Source of the DNA: Camelus ferus
Lineage: Eukaryota
Assembly (NCBI RefSeq): GCF_009834535.1
Contig: NC_045696.1
Location: 82,524,001-82,588,000, forward strand
Direction of reading: 5' to 3'
Length of the DNA: 64,000 bases
Shown: positions 23,756 through 35,587 of the stretch, piece by piece
Layout: every line of letters starts with the position of its first letter
Numbering within the stretch: the stretch's first letter is position 1
The notes under the pieces: generated by a model
Seen by the model: only the letters and a program-made list of their open reading frames with translations
What the model was told of the DNA's origin: nothing
Databases searched by the model: none
Translations under genes and position numbers: made by a program

Positions 23756-23930
23756 TGGAGGCAGCATGATGTGTTGGAAAAAAAAATCTCATGTTTTAGA
23801 GTCAGGCAAACTGAGGGTCATATTCAAACTTCACCACCTGCTAAATAGATTAGCCTTAATTTTTTCTTCTGTAAAATGGTGATAATAATATTTACTTTAT
23901 ATAGCTGTACTGAATATTTACTTTGCATCA
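23756..23930 (+). mobile_element. MIR
   Basis: ggaggcagcatgatgtgttggaaa...tagagtcaggcaaactg...ttctgtaaaatggtgataataata. Confidence 0.75.
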
Positions 23931-25125
23931 ATCAGTGATGACTGTTATTTGCCTAGGCTGCCGGCCCTATGGGGGTTGGCCAGCTCCCAGCTGCTCAGAA
24001 ACTTGTGTAGATATAATGGAGTGAGTGAGTTGGGATTGTCACAGGAGCATAAAATAATATTGTTCCTCAGGGTCTGGATGAGGGCAACATCCCCTTGCAG
24101 ATCGCCCTTTCTTTGTCCTCCCATGTTCTCTACCCTTACACAGAAGTGCTGCTGCTATGGTGGAATGAAAGGTGAGGTTGGATCTTTTGCGCAGAAGCTT
24201 TACTTGGAGCTCCCTCCATCCTGTAATTGTCAGGAAGCAACTGTTCTCCCAGTTGTAGGATGTGGGTGGAGCTGCAATGGACCACTCCATCCTCTTTTTC
24301 TAAGGCAGAATTATCCATTACTGTGTTTACTGGGATTAGAAAATTTTTTGTCTGCTTAGCAGAAAGGCAGAAAATTATATCGTGTATGTCTATTTATTTC
24401 CAGAGTTGAATCATATATTATGGAAAAGTTGATTTAAAAAAATACAGGTTCTCAGATATCTTGAAGGGGTTGATTTAAAGCATGATACATTGGAGGCACC
24501 TGGATAATGTTCAAGCTCCACTGCAGTCTCTCATTTATCTGCCCGTCGCATGTACATCACTGGGCGTGTGCTTGGTGCTGGGAGCTGAAAGGCTGAGGAA
24601 AGGAGAGTGTTGAAAGCACCTGGACCTCTCCCGTGCACAATACAGCTTTACAATCAAATCTACCATGGTTTTCAACTAAAAGTTATCTTGCTTTGGATTC
24701 AGATCCTGAGTGAAAGGAAAGATTTGATACTCAAGGCCTCAGTACTCAGTGTGGGCACAGTTGCTTCTCCAACCACCTTGGTTCCTTCTTTAATGGACAC
24801 TGAGAGGTCCTGTTTAATTTTGCACCCTTGAAGCCCCTGCTTCCACATGCTCCACACTCCTTGCACTCCAAACCTTTTAGCCCCTCGCCATGGCCCCCAC
24901 CATCCACCACCAAATAAGGCAGAATCAACTTGGCAAACTGAGTTATTGTGTAAAATGATTATCTTTTCTTTGACTCTCTGCTTAAGAGCCGTGGAATTTT
25001 TGGTTGTGTTAGTGTCTCTTTTTCACTTTGGAAAAGTTGCATCTTATGAAATCCTGTGGTAAGACTCCTTGCACTTGAATTTAACAGCTTATTGTGAATG
25101 TCCTAGAAATTTGGGAGTTCACTTA

Positions 25126-25471
25126 AGCACTGAACTTTTGCAAACCCCAAACTATAAAGGTATGTGCTGTATTACTGACATGATTTCCTTCTGACCCTCT
25201 CAACTCCTTTCCCTCTAAAATTAGATTTTCTTGTTTGGGTTAGTAAAGCATGTGGTTGCAGACCCTCGTAGAGCTATTGTGAAATATTGGGTCTGTATTT
25301 CCGGAGGCGTTAGCCACTGGCTGTAACCCAATTCTGATGGGAGAGGGAGCTATGCCTATGACTGACGTTACAAATGCAATGAAAGTAAAACAACCCTCTG
25401 AAAAAAGAGCAGGCAGTTATTTTTCAGTGGTGGGAAGAAGTTGCAGGTGTGCCTGGTGTTTTTAAAGCTCT
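25126..25471 (+). mobile_element. Possible AmnSINE1 (Deu-domain SINE) relic
   Basis: Collinear short matches to recalled consensus: agcactgaac, tgtgctgt, tgtggt..agaccc, ccgg..gcca, gtaa..attctg, tttcagtggtggg, gtttttaaagctct; overall identity is low. Confidence 0.4.
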
Positions 25472-26534
25472 CGTTATTGATCTTGTCTTAAGACTTACAA
25501 ATAGAACCATTAATGTGTCAGTGTTACCCGGATAACAGATGATTATTGTCCATCTTTAAACTGTACTTAGCACTAAAATGTATATGTAATGCACGCAAAA
25601 AGGCCAGCTTTATCACACTTCCTCAAGGTTTTACAGGAAAGAATTCATTCTTTCATTCATTTTCCCCTGGGCCTGCCTCCCTCCTCACTACCCTCATCCC
25701 ACATTTATTCCCTTTGCTAATTGATAGAAATTCCTACTGGACATTCCAGCCACTAGCTGGCAGACGTAACAAACACAACATTTACAGCTCTACAGTGGAA
25801 ATATCTTAGAATACAACTTTTTAACCTTCAGTAACTACCACTTTCAGAACTATGTAGCTCATCATAGTGAGTGAAGCAAGTTAAAGTTGTATAACACCCA
25901 GGGATTTTAGTTCAATTTCACTGTAACCTCAATTTTACTACCATAAGTCAAGTTTGTCATCAGAGAGCTCCATATTACACTTGATGGGCAGATTCATCTG
26001 CCTTCACTCTGTGAATGCGGTCGATGCTTGAGCAGCAAGGCAGTAATACATCTTTATTTAAGCCAAGTCTTGGATTCAGTCCCAAATGACATAATCTCCC
26101 ATAAGCTGGGGAATCTGGTCTAGACCACAGAATGTTATGGGGCGCACACCTGTTCAGAGAAGCGTAGTCAAAGGATAGTTAACGGCATTTCATTGTCATC
26201 TTGGGGGAACAGAGTAAGTCACACTTGGCAGGAGTTGGACCTGGGCCTAGAGCTACTTGACATTCTTATATACAAATTAGAATATTGGGTAGGATTGTTG
26301 CAAGGGGTCTGTGTTTTAAGTGAGACTGAAGCCCCAGTTTTTATACGGTGCTACTATCTGTGTCCAGCATAGGAGGGGTTAGATGGAGAAACTAAGGCAG
26401 AAGAACAAACTATGGTTTGTAGCCATTCAGATTCCTGGGGAAGGAGATGATTGTGAAGGAAGAAGTGAAAAAGAAGAGCTGGGGCTCTGTAGAGGAAAAA
26501 TTATCAAAGACTCAACGATTTCACCAAGTTTGTC

Positions 26535-26900
26535 TATTCTTTCACTGATTCTTTCATTTTTTGTTCATTTATTCATACATTGGATATTAATAAGTGCCTG
26601 CTATGTTTGAGATATTGTGGCAGGCATTTTGGACAAAGCAATTAACAAGACATGGTCATTGACTCTGGGGAAGTTAGGGAGGGCCAAGAAAGGACTCTCA
26701 AAGATCAAACTGTGGGATCAGGAGAATGGTGTTTCTTCTTTCCAGGATGGGAGGATTGGGAAGAGAACCCTGGAAATGATTTGTTCTTAGATGGACTGCC
26801 TTTGAGTAGAGGCCTCTCACAGAGATGAGGACGAAAACAGATAAAGAATTAGGACTAAGCCTTGAAAATTCAGAGTTACCCACTGGTGGCAAGAAATTGA
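26535..26900 (-). mobile_element. L2 fragments
   Basis: ttcatttattcatacattggatattaataagtgcctgctatg...ggacaaagcaattaacaagacatggtc. Confidence 0.7.
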
Positions 26901-27289
26901 AACTCTAGGGTCAGAAGATCTTCTTGGGAGAGAGACTAAGCAGTAGGTTTGGAAGTAAGTCTTGGTGGCATTGGGCGTGGGGGTAGTGGGGCAGTGTGGC
27001 TGATGGGGGAGGAGCTAGGGACCAAAGGAGGCCATTTCTGTGAAATGGTGTTGACCTAAATAACAGATTGTGACAAAGTTGCTAGAGATACACCAAAACT
27101 GACTTCTACAAGGTGTGCGTTTAGGACGCAAGCCTGTTGAACAGACTGCAGCTAACTGGACTCAGATAAGAAAATGATCTGGAGCTAACACAGTAGAAGT
27201 CTTGATAATGTGGAAGAACCAAGTGGGGCCCAAGCAGTTACAGAAATTATCTACTGAGTGCTTTTGTGGGCACTGCAGGAATTTCAAGA

Positions 27290-27430
27290 CTTAAAGGAGT
27301 GCATCCAGAGAAGAACATTTAAAATGATTGATGTGTTGGAACCTAATAGATGAAAAGAACATAAGTTCTTTAGATCTTAAGGAAAGAAAGCTGAAGGGGC
27401 AAAATGAATAAGTTATTAAACAGGTGTCTT
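27290..27430 (+). mobile_element. CR1/L3 3' ORF2 fragment
   Basis: ggagtgcatccagagaagaacatttaaaatgatt...gaaagaaagctgaagggg (LERVQRRA..KM-type region). Confidence 0.55.
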
Positions 27431-27461
27431 GTAACTAGATGCCAGACTCCATAAGAATTCT

Positions 27462-27521
27462 AAAACAAAACAAAACAAAACAAAACAAAACAAAACAAAA
27501 CAAAACAATACAAAACAAAAC
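27462..27521 (+). repeat. (AAAAC)n microsatellite, ~12 units
   Basis: Directly visible. Confidence 0.97.
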
Positions 27522-27554
27522 CTGTGTTTACTTCCACAGAACCCCAGACTAGGT

Positions 27555-27680
27555 GTGGGAGATTTTGGTTCCAGCCTGGCCTTGCCACCAGTGTGCTGGG
27601 GGATCTTGTTATGTTAAATAATTCAACCCACTGTCTTCATATTTGCAAAATATAGAGATTGGCAGATGACTACTAAGGCC
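27555..27680 (+). mobile_element. MIR fragment
   Basis: ggttccagcctggccttgccacc...tcttcatatttgcaaaatatagagattgg. Confidence 0.55.
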
Positions 27681-29103
27681 AAAATCTAAACAATAAAAAA
27701 AGATAGGTTATACTATTAATTACTGTTGTAACCTACTGAAATTCAAATATACCCAAGTTCCATTGTTTTGAATCAAGTCTCCTGTGATACTTACAAATAT
27801 AGCACAGAAAATGAATCTAAAGAGTACTTTGCTTAAGAAAAAAATCTGCTCCTTGACTCTAACATAAAAACATTTCAAAAATAATGATTGAAAAAAAATC
27901 AGGTTATGGATACTAGTTAGAATTTGCTTGCTATCTTTGACACAGGTCTCTATTTTAACTGGGGTTCATTTTTTAATGCTTGAATTTGTTTTTCTTGAAT
28001 CAGTGGCACAGGGTGACTACCGCCTTCCTGCTGAAGGTTTTTCCCAACACCTTTGCCACGTCTGCCCTCAGGGGATTTCAGATAACAAGCAGCACCGAGT
28101 CAGCCCTCTAAATTTGGCCCTTCTCCCTGCCACAGTGCTTAGCAGATTGGGTGAAAATGTGTCCGCAGAGATTAGATATTCCAGTGACCACAGTGCTTTT
28201 TTCTGCCCTGAAAGCTATCTCCCGAATCAGCCCTCTACCTCTGGTTTATCGGGAGGAGAGTACAGACAGATAACATCCTTGCGATGTGACCCTGACCTTT
28301 GTCAACCTTTGTTAAGGCTTCATCTGAAGTCAGGCTTAATGTTTGTAAACAGGATGTAATTAAGGCTGGGAACTGACAGGGTCTGACATTAAGACAATGC
28401 AGAGCTGGCAGGGAATGGTCTGTCAGATGTCAGCTCACATTGTGTTCTAAGTGCCTTCATAATAATTAGTGTCCTCTGTCTGAAGGAAGTTCACTCAACT
28501 TGGATTAATCTGTCACAGCGTGGAGGCCATCCTTGGGAGGGCAAGTGTTTCCTCTGATAAACCTTAGAACAAGTATGAGAAAAAAAGCTAAGAGGCTCAA
28601 AAGAAAACTGTGAAAGTCAAGACTGCTGGTGACAGGTGCTGCCTGAAAATTAGAAACAGGAAGTAGGAAAAAAAAAAGCTCCCCCTCCACATCCCAATCG
28701 CCAAGTGAACGTAAGGGTTCTCTGATCAGAAGTGGCTACAGACATCCCGGGCCTGCTGGTTTGGATACCGTGAACAGACACAGGAAGATGAGTGTTCAGA
28801 AAAGCCTGAGCATAAACATATTGTTTGGCTTTTGCCCTTAACTAGCATAATGCGCTGGCAGGAGGTTGCCTACACCCTATAAGAGGATTTACACTTAACA
28901 TGAAATTGATCCAAAGAGGCTGAATTCACCTTCTGTTATTAGAAGACATTTGCTGAGTGTCTTCTGGTAGCTGGTATGGTACAAAGTGAGTCAAGGGATG
29001 TTGTACCCATCTTCTTGACTAGGCATGTGAGCCCCATGCTGACAGACTGCTATCCATAGCCTTTTAAGTCTACTTGGACTCATCCTGCATCTCAAAAGTT
29101 GTC

Positions 29104-29680
29104 ACTGAAAACAAGGACTCAAGCAGCTACTTGTACACCAGTGTTCATAGTAGCATTATTAGCAATAGCGAAAAAGGTGGAACCAACTTAAAAGCCCATC
29201 AGCAGATGAATGGACAAACAAAATGTGGTCTGTCTATACAGTGGAATATTATTCAACCTTAAAAATGAATGAAATATGAACACATGCTATAACATGGGTG
29301 AACCTTGAAAACATTATGCTAGGTGGAATAAGCCAGACATCAAAGGACAAATAAGGTATATGATTCCACTTATATGAGGTACCTAGAATAGGCAAATGCA
29401 CAGAGACAGAGAGAGAAGAGTGGTTACCAGGAGCTGGGGGGGAGAAGCAAATGAGGAGTTGTTGTTTAATGGGTATAGAGTTTCAGTTTGGGGTGATGAA
29501 AAATCCTGGAGATGAATGGTAGTGATGGTTGCACATGTGAATATATTTAATTGCACACTTAAAAATGTCCACTTATATGTTGTGTAATGTATACTTAAAA
29601 TGTTTACTTACCATTAAATTGTACATATAAGAATGGTTAAAGTGGTAAATTTTATCCTATGTATTTTACCACAAAACTGA
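29104..29680 (+). mobile_element. L1MB (L1MB3/4-like) 3' end
   Basis: tgttcatagtagcattatt...gatgaatggacaaacaaaatgtgg...gaaccttgaaaacattatgcta...gattccacttatatgaggtacctagaatagg...gggtatagagtttcagtttgggg. Confidence 0.9.
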
Positions 29681-30847
29681 AAAGAAGTAGTTATAGAAAA
29701 ATAGACTTTTTAAGCTGGATGGTCTTCAGAGTTTCTCTGCTTCAATCATCACATCAGATAAATGACAGGATCCATCCAGGGGCAAGCCGGGAGCTGGTAG
29801 TAGAGCCTGCTCCTGACAAACGGGTCATTCACTTTCTAATACTAAATTCTAGTCTTATATAGGTGACCCTGTGCTACTCAGCCTTTGGGGGAAAATGAAG
29901 CCCTGAGGTATATTAGTAGCAGTTCTCTTTGGCATTTTTCTAAGTGTAGAATTTGGTAACTACTTGTACTTATTTTGTGACTTTTAAAGGCCTCTATTTT
30001 CAACAGACTCTCCTAAGTCTCTTTCAACTCCACCACTTGATACTTCCATGCTTGTGTACAGGCAGGATGACTGGAGGTTCAAGGTTATTTTGTGACTAAA
30101 GACAAGACTAATATCTGTCACCTAAAGCACTGAATTTTTCATTGGCTTCAGTAATAGTTTTAAAAATTTCCTAATTCTTGGTGAGAAATAAAAGGAGCCA
30201 CATTATGGTTCCCAGTAGATGAAGGACCAGAAATGACTATTATGTCAATGAGGCAACAACTTTTGAGTGTGTATTACAGGAAAAATTAATCTCATTATTT
30301 TTCTAGTTGCATGGCTCTCTTACATTAGAAGACAATGTTGCTCATATGAATAGTTTCCCCTTAGGTTTAATCTGAAATAAGGGCACCAAACTTATTTATA
30401 GGATTAATCGGTGTGGTAAGGGATGTCAGGAGAAATGTGTATGTGTATGTGTATGTGTGCGCATTCTTTTTTGGTTCATTAACATCCTGAGGAAAATTTT
30501 CAGGAACTTAAACTTCAGAAAATAACTCTCTGTCTTCTTTTTTTGCCCTCTCTTTTCTCTATTAAAATGAATCTACTATCAAATTCTTTTTTGAGTCATT
30601 CATTGATTCACTGTTCCCTACCCCACCGCATGCCAGATTTGACTATAGTTAAAAGGATTAATGGCATGCATGTAGTGATGAAGTGTAGGGGTGGGAGAGG
30701 ATGGGGAATACTAAACAAAGCAATTCTGGGATTGGTTTTTCCAGATTCTCCTGCCATACTTGAAAGTGTACAGAAGACTGCAATGGGGAGGGACCCTTCT
30801 TGACTAGCATGCTTCTCATTTTGCCAGTGTCCAACATTCCTCAGGAA

Positions 30848-31045
30848 CGGCTATCATTTACTGAACACCTACTATGTTCAAAATATAATTTCATTTATTT
30901 TTGGCAACAGTTCCTTTAAAGAGTTATTTTCTCCATGGATTGAATTGAGATTGGAGAGGCCAAATAACTGACCCATGGTAACTCATTAAGAAACAATAGA
31001 GTTGGGATTTAAACTAATTCTGGACTCTACTCTTTCCATGATTGT
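30848..31045 (-). mobile_element. MIR
   Basis: gctatcatttactgaacacctactatg...gagattggagaggcaaataactgacccatggtaac...gagttgggatttaaac. Confidence 0.75.
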
Positions 31046-31257
31046 AGGCCATTGATTTTGGATATAAATGAAGAGGCATTTAAAGAAAATGTGGTAAAAC
31101 TTCTCTTTTCCTTCCCTCCTTCTTCTCTCTGAAAGCAGACACCTCAATGCAGGAAAGTTAAATTAGGACTCAGCTGATGAATTCTCTACGAGGGAGTCCT
31201 GTATGACTTTAAGTAGATTGGCATGGAGGCAAGTAGGGGTACCAGTCTCCATCAGCC

Positions 31258-31265
31258 TGACGTCA
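31258..31265. promoter_or_regulatory. Full palindromic CRE (TGACGTCA)
   Basis: ctgacgtcag in non-repeat sequence; motif match only. Confidence 0.3.
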
Positions 31266-34200
31266 GCAGTGTTTCCAAAGAAAAGATAAGGACTATCAAG
31301 TTAAGCTAACAATAGGTTAATTTTTCATTACCCTGGATTAAACCACCCATTTATTTGTAGGCTGTATCTTGAAGACTATGATTAGTTTAGGAGAAAGAGA
31401 AGTTTGCGTTAGCACTGGCAAAGGAACAGATCTTTTCAGAAGCACCATCTGAGCCCAAGTGATAAACCATTTTCTACAGGACTAGAGCTAACACTTATCC
31501 AATGCATACGGTAGATATTTGACCAATAGTTTGTATCACTGGCATTGTGATTGAGACACATTTTTGATGTAATCCAGATAACAAAGAGATGTGTTTCTCA
31601 TGATTGGTGAAGACAGCGGTTATTTCCTTCTTGATGAAAGACTAGACTTAAACATAGCTTGAGACCCATGAGGGACAGTTAAGTGAAAGCACATGCAAAT
31701 TTTAAAAGCAAACGGCTTTCTAACTACCACAACCTAGAAGAAGAGGGAGAAGAAAAGAGGCACGGGGGGCGGGCACACACACTGTTCACAATTGGAGAAA
31801 TACGAGCCAAACTGGGACCAAGTAACCCCACTTAACCTAGGGACCCTTCTTAACTAAATGTAGTGCTATTCTTCCAGGGAGTACCCCCCCCCCAACCCCC
31901 GCAAGGAGAACTGTCATTGGTGGCTCTGAGATGAAAGAGGAAAAGACAGAGAAGCATCTTACAGAATTAACTTTGATGCCCTAAATACATTTTCTGGGGC
32001 ATGTACATATATAACCCCTGGAAGAAAAAAACAAAGCAGAGCATATAAGGCTTTTTTAAGATAGGTAAATCATTTTCTTTTTAAATGAAATTCAGTTTGA
32101 CTGCATGAAATATGAACAGTAATTAAATGCACAGTCTGTGGGCCTTCCATACTTTAAAGCGCTCTCTTAAAAAGAAAAAAAGAGTACTCACCTCAGACAG
32201 GCCAATTACCCAAGAATGATGAAGTCAAGAGGAAAGTCGCTAAATTTCTTTACTTGAGTGATCACAACCCCAGCCCGTGATTAGTCCCCACGGCACCAGC
32301 GGGGATGTGGCAGGGACACTCACATTGGAAGACTTCAAATAGTCATTTCCTTGGTTAAAATAAAATCTGACTGCACTAAATAGACAGTTTTTAATCTCAA
32401 TTGGACATCTGAAGATTTCTCAAGCTGTTGTTGGCTGCGGCAGAAACAAATTTTTCTGCTTTGTTGATTAAACCACTGGTCTCCACCATTGCTTATCGGC
32501 CTGCAACGAGCTGTTCTTTTTAATTAAAAGTGAGCCACCACGAGAGAGCAATTAACAGCTAGTAATTACTGTGCTCTTCAGAACGGCAACGTTTTGCCTT
32601 TCATTCCAATTATATAATGGACAAGTGGCTTTTTGATCTTCAAATTAGTGAGCTCTTGTCCTCCTTGTTTGGAGGCAGAATTGGCAGGTTAATGATGGCC
32701 TGTGGGGGCACTCTTTCCTCTGACTGATGGGAGGAGAGAAACGCTGGGAAAGAAGGCAGAGAGAGGCTTTAAACACCGGCAGTTCCACCTTCATAATCAA
32801 GATGGAGAAAGAGCCCTGATTTTCAGAAGGTTTTGATGAAGAGGAAAGATAAGCTTACATGGAGCCTCTAAAGAGCATCATGGGCTTCCTGTCTTTCTCT
32901 CCTCCAGCAAAAGGTGGCCATGTTTTAAAACATGGGAAAGTGGTTTTAGACTGTGATGCTTTGGTATGCCTTTGATAAGGGCATGGAATAGTACATGTTG
33001 GTGAAAAATAGTTGCTCTAGGGCTAGGGAAAGATTTTGATTTTATTTAAGCTTGTTTTGCTTCTTTGATTATCCCAAGGTATCTTATCCTTGGATACAAT
33101 AGGATCTTATCTTACTTGATAATTTATTACCAGATCTGGTAGAAACATTGAAGTTATAAATAGAGGAAGTTGGACGTTTTTGATTTCCTGTATCTTATCT
33201 CTGCTTTTCATTTAACAGCATAGAGGGAGTTCTATTGCAGAACACTCATGGACCAATTGCTCCCCATACCCTTCCCCTTTGGGCATAGCTTCCCTTTTGG
33301 ACCAGTTATTAGTTGCGGATACAAAATTGCAGGTGCAATCGGCCAGCTATTCTTCCACGTCTTACTTTTATGCTCCTGTTTAGAGTGTGATAATTATGGC
33401 AGTCTTGTAGCCACAGGTCACTATATGGGGGCATTCCTTTAGACAGTGTAAGTACTAATAGCATGAAACCCTTGATTTCTAGATACATAAGACTACAGCC
33501 CAGCCTTAAGAGGCAGAACTGACAAACTTCTGCCTCATCATTCACTTGCCATCGCCATTGTTGGTAGAATCTTGCAAATCTTATTTAGGGAGCCAGGTTG
33601 GTTGGTGATGAGGATCATTTTGTTGCATATAGACTGAAAACAAATGATGAAACATGAAAGAAATTTGAGTTTGTGAGTGTGGAATCTGGTTTATGAGCTC
33701 TTTTCAATGCTGTTCCATGAAAATAGCATGCAATAGAATTATAGCATGTGCACGTAACAGCCACAACTCAATCTCTCAAGATTTCTGAAAAGACTTTTTT
33801 TTTGTGAGGAATTATAGCAATTAATCAAATAGGAAAAATAAGTACATTCATGTTTATTTAAATTGCACTACAGGACATCTTCATTAAGCACTTTACCGAC
33901 AGAATTCTTAATTGTTTGATTTTAGCATTTTCATAGGGATAGAGCCCCACATGAAGTGAGGATTGTCTAGCAAGGTTGAATCTACTCCCACCAAACACCA
34001 AGTCTGGTCAATCCCTCCATTAGGTCATGAAGTCATTCAATGAAAAAAAATAAGTTTTTTAAGAACTGTTCTCACTTCTTCCCAGAAAAGGACATTGTTG
34101 AGCCATCTTGAGCAGGGTGTGCCTTTTGATCTATTTTCAGAGATGGTAAGCCTAAGTCTGTTAGTAACTTGTGGGATTCAATTTTAGGATGGCTAGACAT

Positions 34201-34670
34201 GAGTAGAAGTTCAATATATAGCTTTAGACAGACTTTTACATATTGAAACAATTGGTACTATTACAAGAACGATATTCACCACCATGCCTCATTAGCACTG
34301 CGGCCTATGTTACGGCACTACTGGATGATGTTTTGAAATCACACACTTCTTCTTGCCAATACAAACACCATATACTTTGTCCATGAACTAAAGTTTTGGA
34401 TCCAGATGGAAAAAATAAGCTTAGGTGTGTCTTTTTTTTCTTAACTGTTAAAGATTTTAAAGACATAGTCCACATAACAACCATTTTGCCTTCTCAATTG
34501 GGTTATGCAGTAACTGTGAAGGGTGGGATATTGAGTTTGAGATGCACATCCGTTAAAATGGAAATTTTGATTGACATAAGTTAAACTTTTTGGAGATAAA
34601 TGTAGCAGGAGGGCAAAGAAATCTAGGAGAGAAAGTGGAGGTCCCTTTTCCTTTGTAAATCTGAAAACAG

Positions 34671-35135
34671 TTTAAGAGATCTCTGGGATAACTTTAAGTG
34701 TGCCAGCATTCACATTATAGGGGTCCCAGAAGGAGACAAGAAAGAAGGGATCAAAAATGTATTTGAAGAAATTATGTCTGAAAACACCTGAAGAAGGAAA
34801 CAGAAAGCTAGGCACAGGAAGCACAGAGGGTCCCAAACAAGATGAACCCAAACAGAGCCACACCAAGACATATCATAATTAAAATGGCAAAAGTTAAAGA
34901 TACATAGAGAATTCTAAAGGCAGCAAGAGAAGAATGAAGAGTCATATACAAGTGAATCTTTGGCATGATATATTCAGTGTGCTGAAAGGGGGAAACTGCA
35001 ACCTAGGATACTCTACCCAGCAAGATTATCATTTAGAATAGAAGGAGAGACAAAGAACTTCTCAGACAAGTAAAAACTAAAAGAGTTCATCAGTAATAAA
35101 CCTGCCCTAAAAGAAACGTTAAAGGGTCTTCTCTA
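34671..35135 (+). pseudogene. L1 ORF1p C-terminal remnant
   Basis: Translates to L1 ORF1 motifs (IIGVPEG, PRHIIIKM, ILYPARLSF) with stops and deletions. Confidence 0.85.
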
Positions 35136-35587
35136 AGTGGAAAAGAAGTAAGAATCTATAGGAAAGAAAAAAAATCCCACTAGGAAAGGCAAGTATACAG
35201 TAAGAACTGAGGATCAATCATTTAAATAAGCCAGTACAAAGATTAAAAGACAAAATTTATAAAAGCAAGTATAACTACAATAAACAGGGATAACCATGAA
35301 GATGTAAAATTTGACATCAAAAACACAAAATTTTGGGAAGGAGAGTAAATCTTTCAGCATATGTTTGAATTTAAATGACTACCAGTTTGAAAAAAGATAT
35401 AATTATAGATCAACATATATGAACCCAATGGTAACCACAAATCAAAAACCTACAATAGACACACAAAAACTGAAAGAAAGGAATACAAGCATAATACTAA
35501 AGAAAATCATTAAACCACAAGGGAAGAAACTAACAGAAGAAATGAACAGAAAAGAATTACAAAAACAACTGGAAAACAAGTAATAAA

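Noticed and set aside
24144..24171. 28-nt micro-exon with good splice signals
   Set aside because: Frame-shifting and unsupported; pseudo-exons like this are common by chance
33128..33141. Perfect 14-bp palindrome taccagatctggta
   Set aside because: A few are expected by chance in 64 kb
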